Assembly: GCF_018350175.1 (NCBI RefSeq)
Contig: NC_058368.1
Span: 135,038,001-135,102,000, forward strand
Reading direction: 5' to 3'
Source of the DNA: Felis catus
Taxonomy: Eukaryota
DNA length: 64,000 nt
The position numbers and the translations under genes are program-made. The notes under the pieces are model-generated. The model was not told where the DNA came from. It did not search any database and worked only from the letters and a program-made list of their open reading frames with translations. This document shows, piece by piece, positions 1 to 12,747 of this stretch. Every line of letters begins with the position of its first letter. Position 1 is the stretch's first letter.

Positions 1-1264
1 TAGTCTTTGCATCATATTTCAGCTCAGGGAACAGAACTGCTTATCTGAAAAGTTGCAGTGGCCCTGGCCCGAAGAATATTCAGCTTTTGTCCCACTGGAA
101 TCAAAATCCTCATTTCCCTGTCTTGGTGCACCTTGAACTGGTTTTTAGAGAGAAACAGATTGATTGCCCTATAGTGGAGATGGCAAGAGAAACTCTAAGC
201 CACATATTGGTAAATGCGAAGCCTCCATCAGCATCATATGCCCCTTTGGAAGCAAACGGAATGATCTTGGTTATGGTCTTCAGTTGTGTCCAAGCTATGG
301 CCTTACCTGACTACTCATCTTCCCTCATTTGAGCCTGATCTGATGGCCACACCCCATCTCTACATCAACACCAGCTCAAGTTCCTCCTTCGGACCGACTC
401 CTTCTTGCTATGCCAAGGGCCACTCTTAGCCTCTGTTTCTGATTTTATCAGCTTTAGTCTACCAAGTCTTAGTCTAAGCTGCCATAGTGGATTATTCAAG
501 CTGAACACATATATGTCTGCTAGCCCAACCGAGGCCAATGCACATCAGGAAGACCTAACCTCGTCCGAGGCCCTTGCTCTGGCTCAGTGCCTCTGGCATC
601 TGTTGCACAACTGGGCACTACGGGAAGCATGGTTGCCATCCACAAAGACCAAGATGGAAAATATAAGCCATTCATTTGGCAACAATGTTGGCATCTTCTT
701 TAATTCATGCTGCCAAGCCCTGACCAGAAAGATCTTGGCCTGTTTATTGCCCAATGCAGTCAGTCCAGACTCAAGGCGGCTTGTCATGGTGAGTAGAGCC
801 AGGTCATGGTGGGCAGAGCCAGCTCTAATGAGATTTATACACTAAAGAAAAGGAAAAGAGAAGGTGATCCAGACTCCATATCAGCCTGTGCCCACCAGAC
901 CCAAGCTAGAGGAAAATCTAGAAAACTTCATGAAACTAAACAGGAAAAGGTTTTTTTTTTTTAATTATTATTATTTAGAAAATGACCAAAAATATTCTCC
1001 CCTTTAAATATTTTGATTTGGTTTTCATAGGAAAACCTGAATATGTTTTCTGCCCATATAAAGCTTATGTGATCTTTTTCCAGGAATAATGGAAAGAGTA
1101 AAATAGACGTGGAAAAGTAAGCAACTGGAGTAGGGGACATGTTACAATATAGAGAAGAGCTGTGTCACTGCTGCCTACAGAGTGATAATCCTATGTCCCA
1201 AGTGATCTTGAAAGCACCTTAAAGAAGCCAGGGAGAAAAGTAAGCACTTGCGAATACATTTCTC

Positions 1265-1435
1265 TCATTTTATCCTCTCCCCAAATCTTTCAAGTTAAGT
1301 GTTGTTTCCCCCATTTTGCCAATAAGGAAACTGAGGCAGCCTCACAAAAGTGAAAGTGTTGCTCAAGTTTGCAAAACTAACAAGTGGTTGTGTTGGGAGA
1401 TGAGCCCAGTCTAGCAGACACCAAGGCTCATAACT
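1265..1435 (-). mobile_element. MIR SINE fragment
   Basis: MIR core-like 'cccattttgccaataaggaaactgaggc' and downstream 'gagcccagtctagcagacaccaaggctca'; boundaries approximate. Confidence 0.6.
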
Positions 1436-1918
1436 ACCTCCAATTAAGGACTGTCATTAACTTAGACAACTGTCTTCTCCCCGAAGCATACGCCAAAAGA
1501 AGTTAACCAACATTCCAAGACAATGTCATCAGGGAGAGCACGGTCAAGTTACCATTGAAGGAGTCCTTCCAGTACGTTTCCCAAAACTAATACTGGAAGT
1601 GTTGGAAGGTGAGTTTGGTAATTGGTTGACTTTTAATAGATGATTTATTTTAAGCTGCCTGGCCTGATGATGCAACAAGGAAGGGAATGAGCTTGGTTTG
1701 CAGACAGATTTCTGATCTTCTGGGAAGTGTTTCTGCTTTAATAAGCTTTGACTCTCAAAGGAAATTCCTAAGGACACTCAGTCACCTGGCTGAGCTGCCA
1801 GGTCTGTAAATACACACCTGCCCATGTGCACACAAATGTATCAGAATAGATAATTCTGTAGTGAGGGCAGTGCTGCTTTCATCAGGGAGCAGTCTATTGT
1901 AAATAGCAAGGAGAAGAC

Positions 1919-2336
1919 TGTTGGGAGGAAATGTTTTTTTTTGCTTTTAACTTGCGTCCAGTGATTGGAAACTGCAAATTAATGACCACAGATAGATTAA
2001 CAGGAGAAGAGACAAGGTTTGCTTATGTCTACACGTGGTACTACTCAGTGATGGGTAACGCAGTGATGGGTAACTCACTCAACAGCCAAGGATAAGAAGA
2101 GGCTTTTGGCGGGGGGGAGGGGACTTTTTGATGCCAGTGGGAATGGGCAGTCTGTCTCTAAGGCAGCTGAATTCACAGCAAACTCCCATTAGAGGGGGGT
2201 TAATGGCAGGTGTATACTGTGGAGGCTCTGCTTCAGTCAGATAAGAGGAGTTAAAATAAGATTTATTTCTGTATCTTTTTTAGCTCAAAGGTTTTCACTT
2301 CAAAATCACCTCTGGAAGTCTGAATGGCTCCCCACA
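1919..2336 (-). repeat. 3' LTR of the old ERV
   Basis: Aligns by eye with 8994-9457 (ctgcaaattaa, gggaatgggca, ggcagctgaatt, ggaggctctgct, cagataa, ataagattt); has an internal deletion and a short cagtgatgggtaac duplication relative to the other copy. Confidence 0.75.
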
Positions 2337-2382
2337 TTCTCCCCATCTGAAACTTCCCTAGAAGTTTCATAAAGAAGGAGAG

Positions 2383-2554
2383 GAAGAAGAAGAAGAAGAA
2401 GAAGAAGAAGAAGAAGAAGAAGAAGAAGAAGAAGAAGAAGAAGGCAACGACAACGAAGAAGAAGAAGAAGAAGAAGAAGAAGAAGAAGAAGAAGAAGACA
2501 ACGACAACGAAGAAGAAGAAGAAGAAGAAGCAGCAGCAGCAGCAGCAGCAGCAG
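2383..2554 (+). repeat. Compound microsatellite (GAA)n with caacgacaac interruptions, then (GCA)n
   Basis: Directly visible. Confidence 0.97.
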
Positions 2555-2921
2555 CTAGGTTGATTGCTGTGGAGAAAGACTCTAATTAAAGATTCCAGGC
2601 AAGGTATACAGAGGGAAAGAAAAACAAACACAGAATAATGGTTGGAGCAGACTATGAACGCAGGTTCTGAGTCAAGAGGGGAGCCAGTCAAGATTTCTAG
2701 GTGTTGGGTTCAAAGCATCTTTAGTGAGGATGATAATGTCATTGTCATGGTTACTTCCTGGAGCAAAGCATGCAAGATGTAGGTGTCCTGGTGTTTACGA
2801 GCAGCCTCCATTGTTGGGGTGATAAATGCTTACAAGTTATATCAAGGTGTCCAGCCTCAGCTTACAGGGAGGGCTTCAGGAAAAAAGGCAGTTTTAATTC
2901 CCAGTGATACCAAGTCAGAAC

Positions 2922-2943
2922 GGGGGGGGGGGGGGGGGGGGGG
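2922..2943 (+). repeat. Poly-G tract
   Basis: Uninterrupted run of ~22 G. Confidence 0.9.
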
Positions 2944-4720
2944 AATTGCAATCATTAATCACCAACAAAATAAGCAAGACAGCAGGGTACAGTTTGCAAA
3001 GAGGTGAAAAACAGCTCAAAAACAATGAACAAGACCCAAACCTGATAACACAGAAAGGCGGGTTACTATTTTTCATTGAAACATAAAATGTTTCTCTACC
3101 ATCTTAATCAAAGATAATCAAAGTAAGATTCCCCTATCTTAATCAAAGATAATCAAAGTAAGATTAGTCATGTTGACAAAATAAGCCTAGACTCATCAAA
3201 GTTGGCCTGATCATTTACATAAATGCAGCAAGGGTGAGTGGTAATTGACCACATAGGCCTTTTTATGTTTGCTTTATTGGAACTATTGTAAGGAACCTCA
3301 GATTAGACTTTTAAATCCCTCTTAATGCTTATAAGCCAAGCCAAGAACTTACGAGACTTCATTTGCAGTACCTACAGATTTGGATGATTTCCTCTTTTCT
3401 TGAGATCCCCCAAATATTCTAAAGTTCCTGGGCCTGCCAAAGAGTGACATTCTGTACTCATCTACAAGACTAGGAAAATTATAAACCAGGTAACAGGCCA
3501 GTTTTTTCAAGAGGACTTTGTAAACATTGACTCCATAAAGCCAATCTTAATTCCTTAATACTGTCTAGTCATATCTGATTCTATCATACTATTCTTAAAT
3601 ATGACATTTCAGCCAAAGCCTTGGTGATAAAACCAATTTTCTCGATTATGTCCTGTTATAAGGAGAACAAATTCTTATTGAACTTTCAAAAAATTATATT
3701 GCAATGAAAATAAGAATATGCAATAAGAGTTTCTGAATTCTGTAGGGAGAAAAAGATAAATGTTTCACTTTAATTTACAAAGATACAACCTACTAAATTA
3801 TGAATTACAAATGGCTTACAAGAAAAGAGAAAACATCTAGAAAATAGCAAAGAGAAATTATAGCCAGAAAATAAAACATTAAAGAATCAGCAGTGGTTCC
3901 AAACAAAACTATAAAAATTATAATCATTCTTCATCTGTTCATTCAGTCCCATGTAATTAATTCTTGTTCTGCTTGATCTTGGGTTAGAAATTTGATGAAC
4001 TCATCAGCTTGTCCCCTAGAGTTCTGGAAATCCTCACTTATTCTAGAGCTATGTTCTCCAAGTTATTTAAGCAACGCCATGAGAAGCCTGTATCCCAGAG
4101 TACCTGTTATAGACCTTTCTATGGTTCTCTGAGATATCCCTTTTGTTGAACACAAAGTATTCTAGCTTGTAACTAACTGTAAGAGTCTTAGGAAAGCACC
4201 AGAATACAACAATAACTATCTGTGAATGACAAAAAAAATTTCAATGACCATTGTTAAAGTTTGACAAAAGTTCACTGTAAAAAAATAGTGCAATTGACAA
4301 AGAAATTTGGTTGTTTATGTGACATACAAATTTTTAGGATAATGACGGGAGTTATGGCTCATAACATTATACCAAGACATATCACGGATATGGAGGGCAT
4401 TAACAGCTTTCTAGGAAGTTAGTTTATATCTCTTTTAGCAAGGTAAGAGGAAAAATCCTTTGAGATTTTCCAGGGACTCTCTGAAAAGTCTCATTGTCAA
4501 TTTGAGGTCAAGGAGACTTCATTTAGAATTTGATTTTAGGAAGTTGTCCAAAATGTCCAAGGTTTGAACATCTGATTAAACAAGATCACAGGTCAGTTTT
4601 TTGAGGGGGGAGAAAAAGAGACTTGGGCTTCTAAAATAATCAAAGACATATTAAAGCCCTGGAAATTATTTCAATAAAACACAGAATCTGTTTCCTAGGT
4701 AGGTTATTTAAAAGGTAAAG

Positions 4721-5495
4721 GATCAAAGGGGCACATGCACCCCATTGTATACAGCAGGGCTATCAATAATAGCCAAAATATGGAAAAAGCCCAAATGCCC
4801 TTCCACTGATGAATGGATAAAGAAGATGTGGAATGGGGCACCTGGGTGGCTCAGTTGGTTGAGCGTCTGACTTCGACTCAGGTCATGATCTCGTTGTTCC
4901 CAAGTGTGAGCCCCATGTTGCACTCTGTGCTGACAGCTCAGAGCCTGGAGCCTGTTTCACATCCTGTGTCGCCCTCTCTCTCTCTCTGCCCCTTCCACAC
5001 TCATGCTCTGTCTCTCTCTCTCTCTCAAAAATAAATAAACATTTAACAAATTAAAAAAAAAAAAGAAGACTTACACAATGAAATACTACTCAGCGATCAA
5101 AAAGCATGATATCTTGCCACTTGCAACAACATGGATGGAACTAGAGTGCATTATGCTAAACGAAGTAAGTCAGAGAAAGACAAATATCATATGATTTCAC
5201 TCATATGTGGAATTTAAGAAACACAACACATGAACATAGGGGAAGGGACGCAAAAATAAGATAAAAACAGAGAGTGAGACAAACCATAAGAAATTCTTAA
5301 ACACAGAGAACAAACAGGGTTGCTGGTGACATGGTGGGTAGGGTATGGGGTAAATGGGTGACGGGCATTAAGGAGGGCACTTGTTGGGATGAGCACTGGG
5401 TGTCGTATGTAAGTGACGAATCACTAAATTCTACCCCTGAAACCATTATTACACTAGATGCTAACCAGCTTGGATTTAAATAAATAATTTTTTAA
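4721..5495 (+). mobile_element. 5'-truncated L1 (ORF2 3' end and 3'UTR, carnivore-type) inserted in the old ERV
   Basis: L1 motifs 'atagccaaaatatggaaaaagcccaaatg', 'ttgcaacaacatggatggaactagag', 'atgatttcactcatatgtggaatttaagaa'; TSD-like aaaaggtaaa on both sides; interrupted by a SINE. Confidence 0.88.
4835..5064 (+). mobile_element. SINEC (Can-SINE, felid type) nested in L1
   Basis: ggggcacctgggtggctcagttggttgagcg head, (CT)n, aaaataaataaac, A-tail. Confidence 0.93.
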
Positions 5496-7323
5496 AAAAG
5501 GTAAAAGAAACCTTTCACAATCTCTTATTAAGAATAGACCAATAGTCCGACAAAGTTCGTCTTTTTAAGAGAGGGAAAACCAAATTCTGGCTTTGCACTG
5601 GTACATACTGATTTTAAAATTCATTTTAAACCTTATAATAAATCCATTCAATCTTGGCCAGCTTGACCACATGAGATATGATTCTCTCTCTGTGCGCTGT
5701 CCCAACCTTCAGTCCCCAACCCTTTACATCTTTCTGAATCCATTCATGTTTTTGTCCCTCACTTTTACCTTTCTCATTCGGAAACAATCTTTAAACAATG
5801 ACTTTAGGACAGAATTACTTTTTTCTCCTTAACAAAAACAATCTGACATTCCTTAAATACTTGGCATTCAGAGTTTTTATTTCTTCACCCTTACTGTTTC
5901 TTGTAGCTTAATTTATATATATTGATTATACTTTTCAATCCTTAATAACTTTTATTTTGCAGAGAAAACTAAGAAGTAGACTATTGTAAACTGTCATATA
6001 CCAGCATTGTGTAGTTAAATTAGAATACTTATCAACATATTATCTCACAATTTCTAGAGGCATATGTTTCCTCATAGTATAATTTCTCAATGTGACAAAA
6101 AGATCATGTTTATTAATAGATTCAAATATCTTTAATCTCTCTGCATAAATAAGAAGCCCAAAGTAGATAAACTTAAAGTTATGTTCAGTAACTAATGGCT
6201 CGGCATTTTACCTTATCTAAAAATGATGTAGATATTCAATGAATATCTGTCATTTAACAAAACTTAGGATAGCTTTAAGGTTTCAAATTACCAAAAAGAT
6301 TTCGGAAACTACCTCTAAGCAGTTATACACTAAAACACAATTATGATTGGACTGAAGGTTCTAAGAGCAATGATTAAATTTGATTAAAGTCAAATCTGTA
6401 AAGTTTTACACTCCTCAACATCTAATAAATATATTAGCGTATTTAATTAATAAACTCAAGAAGCCTAAAAATACATGCTTGCATCATAGGGCTGTTAACT
6501 CAGAAGACACAGTTGTTTTTGTTAAGCCAGCAATATTAAACTGATGTTATTTACCAAAGAGTTACCCAAAAGATGTGAACTTGAAAAATACTTGGATTCG
6601 TTTCTGTGTTTCTCGGTTTTAGGAATATTTAATTTATTTAAGTATTTCTTTTTCTCCAAGCCAGTTAAAACAGAACTCTTTTAAGGAATTTTATAAATGA
6701 ACTTGGCATACCATCCAGAGGCAAGAAAATACGACATTATGTAACGTGCATACCTAGGCATACGTAAGCTAATACACAGATACAGATAGAGACCTTATAT
6801 AGCACACAGACATTCAAAAACTCACTAGTTCATGCAAGAGTTCGTTTTCATCTTTGCCCCACTTTTTATTCAAACTACGTTTCTGTGTGGAATGTTATTT
6901 GTCCACTATAAGGGCGAAAGCTTTTTCTTAATATTTGTGGGACAGATCTTCAAGTTCTTTCTCGCTGCCGTGATGTGTAACCACACAGAGGCTGCGCACA
7001 GTTCAGCCTCAGGTGACTGTTTCAATGGACTGAGACGTTACTTTTGAGAGGCTGGGTGTGCTGAGGAAATGGCAGTGTGGGTTTGCTAAGGGGGAACAGT
7101 GGCCTTATCAGGAGAAGAAATAAATTTCTCACATTTTATGACAGGAAGCAGTAGTACAAGTAGAAGAAAGCACCCCTCGGCTGACAGCCAGAGTTATTTC
7201 CTCGGATGTTTGTGTTTGAGGGAGATGGCTTTCAGGTCTCTGAGAAGACAGTTCTGGGGTGTAGAAGATTTGCATTCTCAAAGAGGGAGGAGAAGGATGT
7301 AACCTTTGCGAGTAACTGCTCTG

Positions 7324-7513
7324 GGGGCACCTGGGTAGCTCAGTCCCTTGAGCATCCCACTGTTGGTTTCAGCTCAGGTCGGATCCCAGGGTCATGGACT
7401 GAGCCCCGCCTCAGACTACGCTCTAAGCATGGAGCCTGCTTGAGATTCTCTTTCCCTCTGCCCCTCTCCCTTTGCCCCTCTCCCTCACTTGTGCTCTCTC
7501 TCTCTAAAATTAA

Positions 7514-7553
<40 letters not shown>
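7324..7553 (+). mobile_element. Older-type carnivore SINEC with (AAT)n tail
   Basis: ggggcacctgggtagctcag head; ggagcctgcttgagattctct body; (AAT)n tail. Confidence 0.9.
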
Positions 7554-7557
7554 GTAA

Positions 7558-7768
7558 GGGCATCTGGGTGGCTCAGTCAGTTAAGGGTCCGACTTAATCT
7601 CATGTCACGATCTCACAGTTCATGAGTTTGAACCCTGCGTCGGGCTCTGTGCTGACACTTCAGAGCCTGGAGTCTGCTTCCTATTTTGTGTCTCCCTCTG
7701 TCTCTCTGCCCCTCCCCCGCTTGTACTCTGTCTCTTAAAAATAAATTAAAATGTTTAAAAAAATTTAA
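7558..7768 (+). mobile_element. SINEC (felid type)
   Basis: gggcatctgggtggctcagtcagttaag head, ggctctgtgctgaca body, A-rich tail. Confidence 0.9.
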
Positions 7769-7776
7769 TTTTGTTA

Positions 7777-7983
7777 GGGCGCCTGGGTGGCTCATTCGAT
7801 TCGGCGTCTGACTTCAGCTCAGGTCACGATCTCGTGGTCCGTGAGTTCTAGCCCCATGTCGAGCTCTGTGCTGAGAGCACAGAGCCTGGAGCCTGCTTCG
7901 GATTCCGTGTCTCGCTCTCTCTCTGTGCTCCTCTCCCACTCATGCTCTCTCTCTTAAAAATAAACAAACATTAAAAAAATTAA
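7777..7983 (+). mobile_element. SINEC (felid type)
   Basis: gggcgcctgggtggctca head; TSD-like aaatttaattttgtta/aaattaagtttgtta. Confidence 0.92.
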
Positions 7984-8993
7984 GTTTGTTAAGGGAGTCT
8001 TTTAAGCTAGCTGATCTTTTCTGGTGTCCTTCTTTGGGTATGATCTTCCCATACTGGTAATAGGATATTTGTTTAAGGTGAGAGCTCTTTAAAAATCTTC
8101 TCAAATACAAAAGCTTTTCTAAACCAAAGGATCTGCTGTCTGGCCAACGGTGATTTAAGATCTCGAAAGGGATACTTGTTTCTAAGTGTGACTCAAAGCC
8201 AATAAGCCTTTCTACGACTTGGCCATGGACACAAGAGGCATCCCCCAAAGGGTGGGGGAGATGAAGCCCCACGATCCAAAGTCACTTCCGATGCTAGCCA
8301 AAGAGAAAGAAAGCAAAGAAGCTCATTCCAACAGGTGATGAGGATGGTGTTTGCGTAAACTCGTGTCTCCAATTCCGCAGCCCCCCAAAATGAGATGCCT
8401 CCAACCACAGACGTTCCTGACTGTCACACCAGGCAGACGATGCTGGAATGGGACCTCCCCGCACTAGCAAGGCAATGTAGAAACAGAGGAGGAGGCATTA
8501 TGGACCAAGATCCTTTATTTGGATTTAAGACAAGCCCTCTAACAGCCAGCAATGGTTAGTCGGACACCAGCAGCAAAGGGGGTACCCACTCTTATTCTTG
8601 CCTGCAGACCACAGATTCCCATGCCTCCAACCTAATAGCCTCTTTTGAGCACAGCTCCCAAAATGTGCACTCCCAGGCCGACAGAAAACCAGACAGTGAA
8701 TGTTCTCCCTAGATGCAAACCAAGCAAGCTCTCAGGACACAAAACAAGACACACGGGACACAACAGCCATCCCCGAGAGGGAAAGGACCTAAGAGCACTC
8801 AAACCAAGAGCCACAACATACAAGGAGCTAGTTTGTAGCAGTGGTTTCTCCTGCTAATTTGAGTCTTGGCAAGAAAAGAAACGGAGCGATGCTTATTGCT
8901 CAACCAGACCCTGAGCACCAGTAGGGAAATTTACCCGTCTGCTGGGTCAGAGGTCCTCGGATCTCAGCAGCAGTCTCTGACCACCACTGAAAC

Positions 8994-9457
8994 TGTCAGA
9001 GGAAAACTTTTCTTCTTCTAACTTGTGTCTAGTCATTGGGGGCCTGCAAATTAACTGACAATAGATAATCAGGAGAAAAGACGAGGATAATCTATGCACG
9101 CAGGTGGAAATGCTCAGTGATGAGAAATCCACTCAATAGCCGGAGATAAAAAGGTTCATGCAGCAAAATTTCACAAAGGGGTGGTAGTGGTGGTGCCCAG
9201 GGCTTTAATAGGAAGGCATGAAGGTTCTGCTGTGCCTTTTGGTGCTACTGGGAATGGGCAATCTGTCCCCATGGCAGCTGAATTTGCAGGAAACTCCCCG
9301 GGAGGGGGATTAACGGTAGTTGTATTTTCTGGAGGCTCTGCTGTAGCCAGATAACGGCAATTTAGATAAGATTTCTTTCTGCATCTGCTTTAGCTAAAAT
9401 GTTTGGTCTTTGACATTATCTTTATAGCAACCCTGGGGGTCTGAGTGGGTGCCTGCA
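8994..9457 (-). repeat. 5' LTR of the old ERV
   Basis: TG...CA bounded homolog of 1919-2336; adjacent revcomp TGGTGGTCAGAG PBS-like sequence at ~8969-8986. Confidence 0.75.
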
Positions 9458-10464
9458 AGATTTAAGACTCATATCATTACAAGAACTTTAAAAAATGAAA
9501 ACTTCCTGGGTCCTTCCTGAAGCAAGTTTTAAGACAGGCAGTATTTCTGTGATGGGCTTGAGAGCTTTGGGAAGGTTCACTGAGTCTCCTGGTGACAGAG
9601 ACTTTGCTGCCTCATACAAAGGCACTGTGGGGTCATCAATACAGTCTCCACACAGGCTGAGATCATCCTGGGCCTCATTTCAACAATGTGAGTGTTGGCT
9701 CCTATGCCCACAGTGAGGGCTGGTATTTCACTTCCTTAAGTCCTCAAGATCCAAGGCCATTACTTGTCTTCAAAAAATTATTGCGCAATATCTCAAGACT
9801 TAAGTAATACCAGTTTTTGAACTGTTTATATATATATATTGGTTTTGCCTTTTACCCACCACAAGCAGGAAAAGTAGACTATTTATATTTTGGGGTCACA
9901 AATTGATCTTATAACCGCAAACACACACTTCCAAGGAAATACTGTTATCAGTGGAAATCTCTAGAAGAAAAGGTGAAGTTCAAAGTACTAATTTCAATAT
10001 TCTCTATTACTTTGAATTCATGCTATTTGGCTGCAAAGAGAACATACTTCCTGTTTGTGAAAGCCGTGTTCACAACTTCAGCAACTCTGCAGTTATTAAG
10101 ATAGCTAAGGAGGACATGTCCTCAAAAAACCGTGGTCTCAAATTCATCAATTCAAACTGCTTGTACAGAACACGAAGTGTAGAAATTAAAGATAAATGAA
10201 CCACCAGGTGATCTTTTTTTAGGAGACAGCAAGCCCCATAAAAGAAAGGCAGGTATATGTCTATAAGGTAGACTCTCAGGAAATTTCTTAAGGATAGGGA
10301 CCATGATTAGAGTTCACAAACTTGCAGGGACACCAGAAATCAATAGCAATGAAGGATAACAATGCAGACTTAATGGTTCAGAGTTTGGGAAACTTCTTCA
10401 TAGAACTGATTTAGATATTACTAATTAGTGGTACAAGTCCTGGCTCCTCAAAATAACTTATTGT

Positions 10465-10622
10465 TACTAGATAATGCCTTCTTGGGGGAGGGAGATCGCC
10501 CTGAACATTGTAGAATGTTTCACAGCAATCTTGACCTACACCCTCTAGCACCCCAGTCATGACTATCAAAAATGTCTTGTTCCCTGGGAGGGAAAAATCG
10601 GACCCAGTTGAGAGCCATTGCT
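10465..10622. mobile_element. MER20-like hAT DNA-transposon fossil
   Basis: 'cattgtagaatgttt...gcaccccagtcatgactatcaaaaatgtct...ccagttgagagccattg' resembles MER20. Confidence 0.7.
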
Positions 10623-12530
10623 TAACAGGTAACAGAGAACGCTACTTTGACGGTCTTAGCAGGGGCTTAGAACAGGGAGGTCAAGGTTGAGAACATTTTC
10701 AGATTGTGAAGTCTGGTTCTTTCAATGGGTGTCTTTCAGTGAAGGGGTTGGGAGGTCTGGTTAGGGTTGGGCGAGGATGGTAATACAATCCTTAGGATCA
10801 GTGAACCCTACAAGGTGAAGATTTTGAGGTGAGGGCTTCGAAAATGCTCAAATTGATGTAAAATTATCCTGTGATCTTTTCAATCAGTGGGTCTCTGGGG
10901 AAGTTCCTGGAATGAACAATAAAGTTATTCGTAACTATTAGCTTCCTGGGCCATAGCTTTCTGGAACACTAAACTTAGGCTGATGAGCACCCTAGAATAG
11001 TAAAGCCATGTCAGTGTAGACGGTATGGATTTAAATGGTTTGGGTCCTTGGTGGATTTTTTTTAAGTTTCCTGTTTTTTCCTCCCTCAGACTGCTACCTG
11101 CCTTTTTGCCTACGATTACCGCATTCAGAAAGAGCCAATACGGGAGACCACAGAGGCAAAGGTGAAGTCCCTGCGAGGGCTTCACCCTGGTTTCACTACA
11201 CTACTTGCTGTTTGACCTGGCTGAGCCACACCCTCGCTTGAAACCTCGGTTTCTCCATCAACATATTAAAGTTAATAATAGTATCGCTCCATCCGGTTGT
11301 GGCAGAGTTTGAATGAAATAATATATGTCTAGTGCTGTGAACTTAACATGCATCCAGTGGGTGTAAACCAACTATGCAAAACTGTGAAGAAATACCACAG
11401 CAGCTGTATACCTATGCGTGGACCATCATGCTTTGGGGTCCTCCCTCATCGTCTTTCCCATGAGTTCTAAGAAAAGCCTGAGTTTAAAAATCAGCTGACA
11501 TGCTCTCTTTGCACCCTGGAAATATCAGAGAGTGAGAGTGGCTAAGTGTTTTTAAATTCCTCTACCCGTATTCTTAACTGAGCATGCTCTTTGGTCACTG
11601 TGAAAATGTGTGGGGTGACTTAGGCTATAGTTTAGTAATGTCACTGCTATGAAAGTTGATGAACTTGAGGAAGGTTCAAAGCTACTTTTCTGAAACTCAT
11701 CCGCTAGAATATTCATCTGATCTATTCCCCATGGTATGTTTTATTCACTTACTTTTTTTTTTTTACTTTTATTTATTTTTTTTCTCCACGGTATGTTTTA
11801 AAGACAACACCTTGCTTTAACAGCGATGACCTTGAATGTAGGACACTGTAGACTTCTACTCTTTGTTCTCTCTTAATTCTGAAACAGGTCATATGCTACA
11901 AGTGGGAGACTCACTTGTACTGTGCCACGTGCAGACTGAGGCACTTCATATAATTTTCTCATTCAATTCTCACTCTGTAAGATAAATACCGTGATAGGAA
12001 ATCTGATACTCATAGAGTCAAAGTAACTTGCTGAGGAGAACCCACTGATACATGGATGGAGGCAGGATTTAAGCCTATATCTACTGGGCTCCAAAGTTGG
12101 TAATTCCTATTCTACGGCATGTACTACACCCTATACATCTCTTTCTCAAAACAACAAACCAAAAAACCCAAAGATATCAAACACATCCTAGTCATGGTGT
12201 TACAGAGCCTGGGTCCCTGTACAGTATTTGACCAGATTTACCGTTTTCTGGAATGTTGGCAAGGAATGGACGATCTGGCAAAGTGCTAGATCTAAGCTGA
12301 CCATTGGAGGACTGAAATAACTGAACACCAGCCTGAGGGAACCACAATGTCAGTCAAGTAGCATAATCTTAACAGAGGAATGACATAGATCCAGCCCAGT
12401 GGTTGACAATTAATTGCTATCAGTGGGACCGGGAGGGGGGAGAAAGCCCTATATACCCTCCTATCCCCCAGTGCATTTTGAGGGCTATAAACATTTGGCA
12501 AAGAAATATTAAAATAGCAAAGATTATCAA

Positions 12531-12747
12531 GGCACCTGGACGGCTCAGTTGGTTAAACACCCGACTCTTGATTTCAGCTCAGGTCACCATCTCATGGTTT
12601 GTGAGTTTGAGCTCTGTGTCCGGCTCTGTGCTGAGGGCATGGAACCTGCTTGGGATTCTCTCTCTGCCCATCTCTGCCCCTCCCCTGCTTGTGTATGTGT
12701 GCGTGCACTCTTTCCCTCTCAAAATAAATAAATAAGCATTAAAAAAA
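12531..12747 (+). mobile_element. SINEC
   Basis: SINEC head, body and A-tail; TSD aaagattatca/aaaggttatca. Confidence 0.9.

Larger units (their letters stand above)
1919..9457 (-). mobile_element. Old class I (MER4/MER34-group-like) ERV with two LTRs and an AT-rich, apparently non-coding internal region
   Basis: Homologous TG...CA direct repeats at 1919-2336 and 8994-9457; PPT (revcomp AGATGGGGAGAA) next to the left LTR; TGG-starting PBS-like site near the right LTR; flanks agac/agat resemble a 4-bp TSD; no long retroviral ORF. Confidence 0.75.

Noticed and set aside
2263..2691. 142-aa poly-Phe/Cys ORF on the minus strand
   Set aside because: Artefact of translating the (GAA)n/(GCA)n microsatellite.
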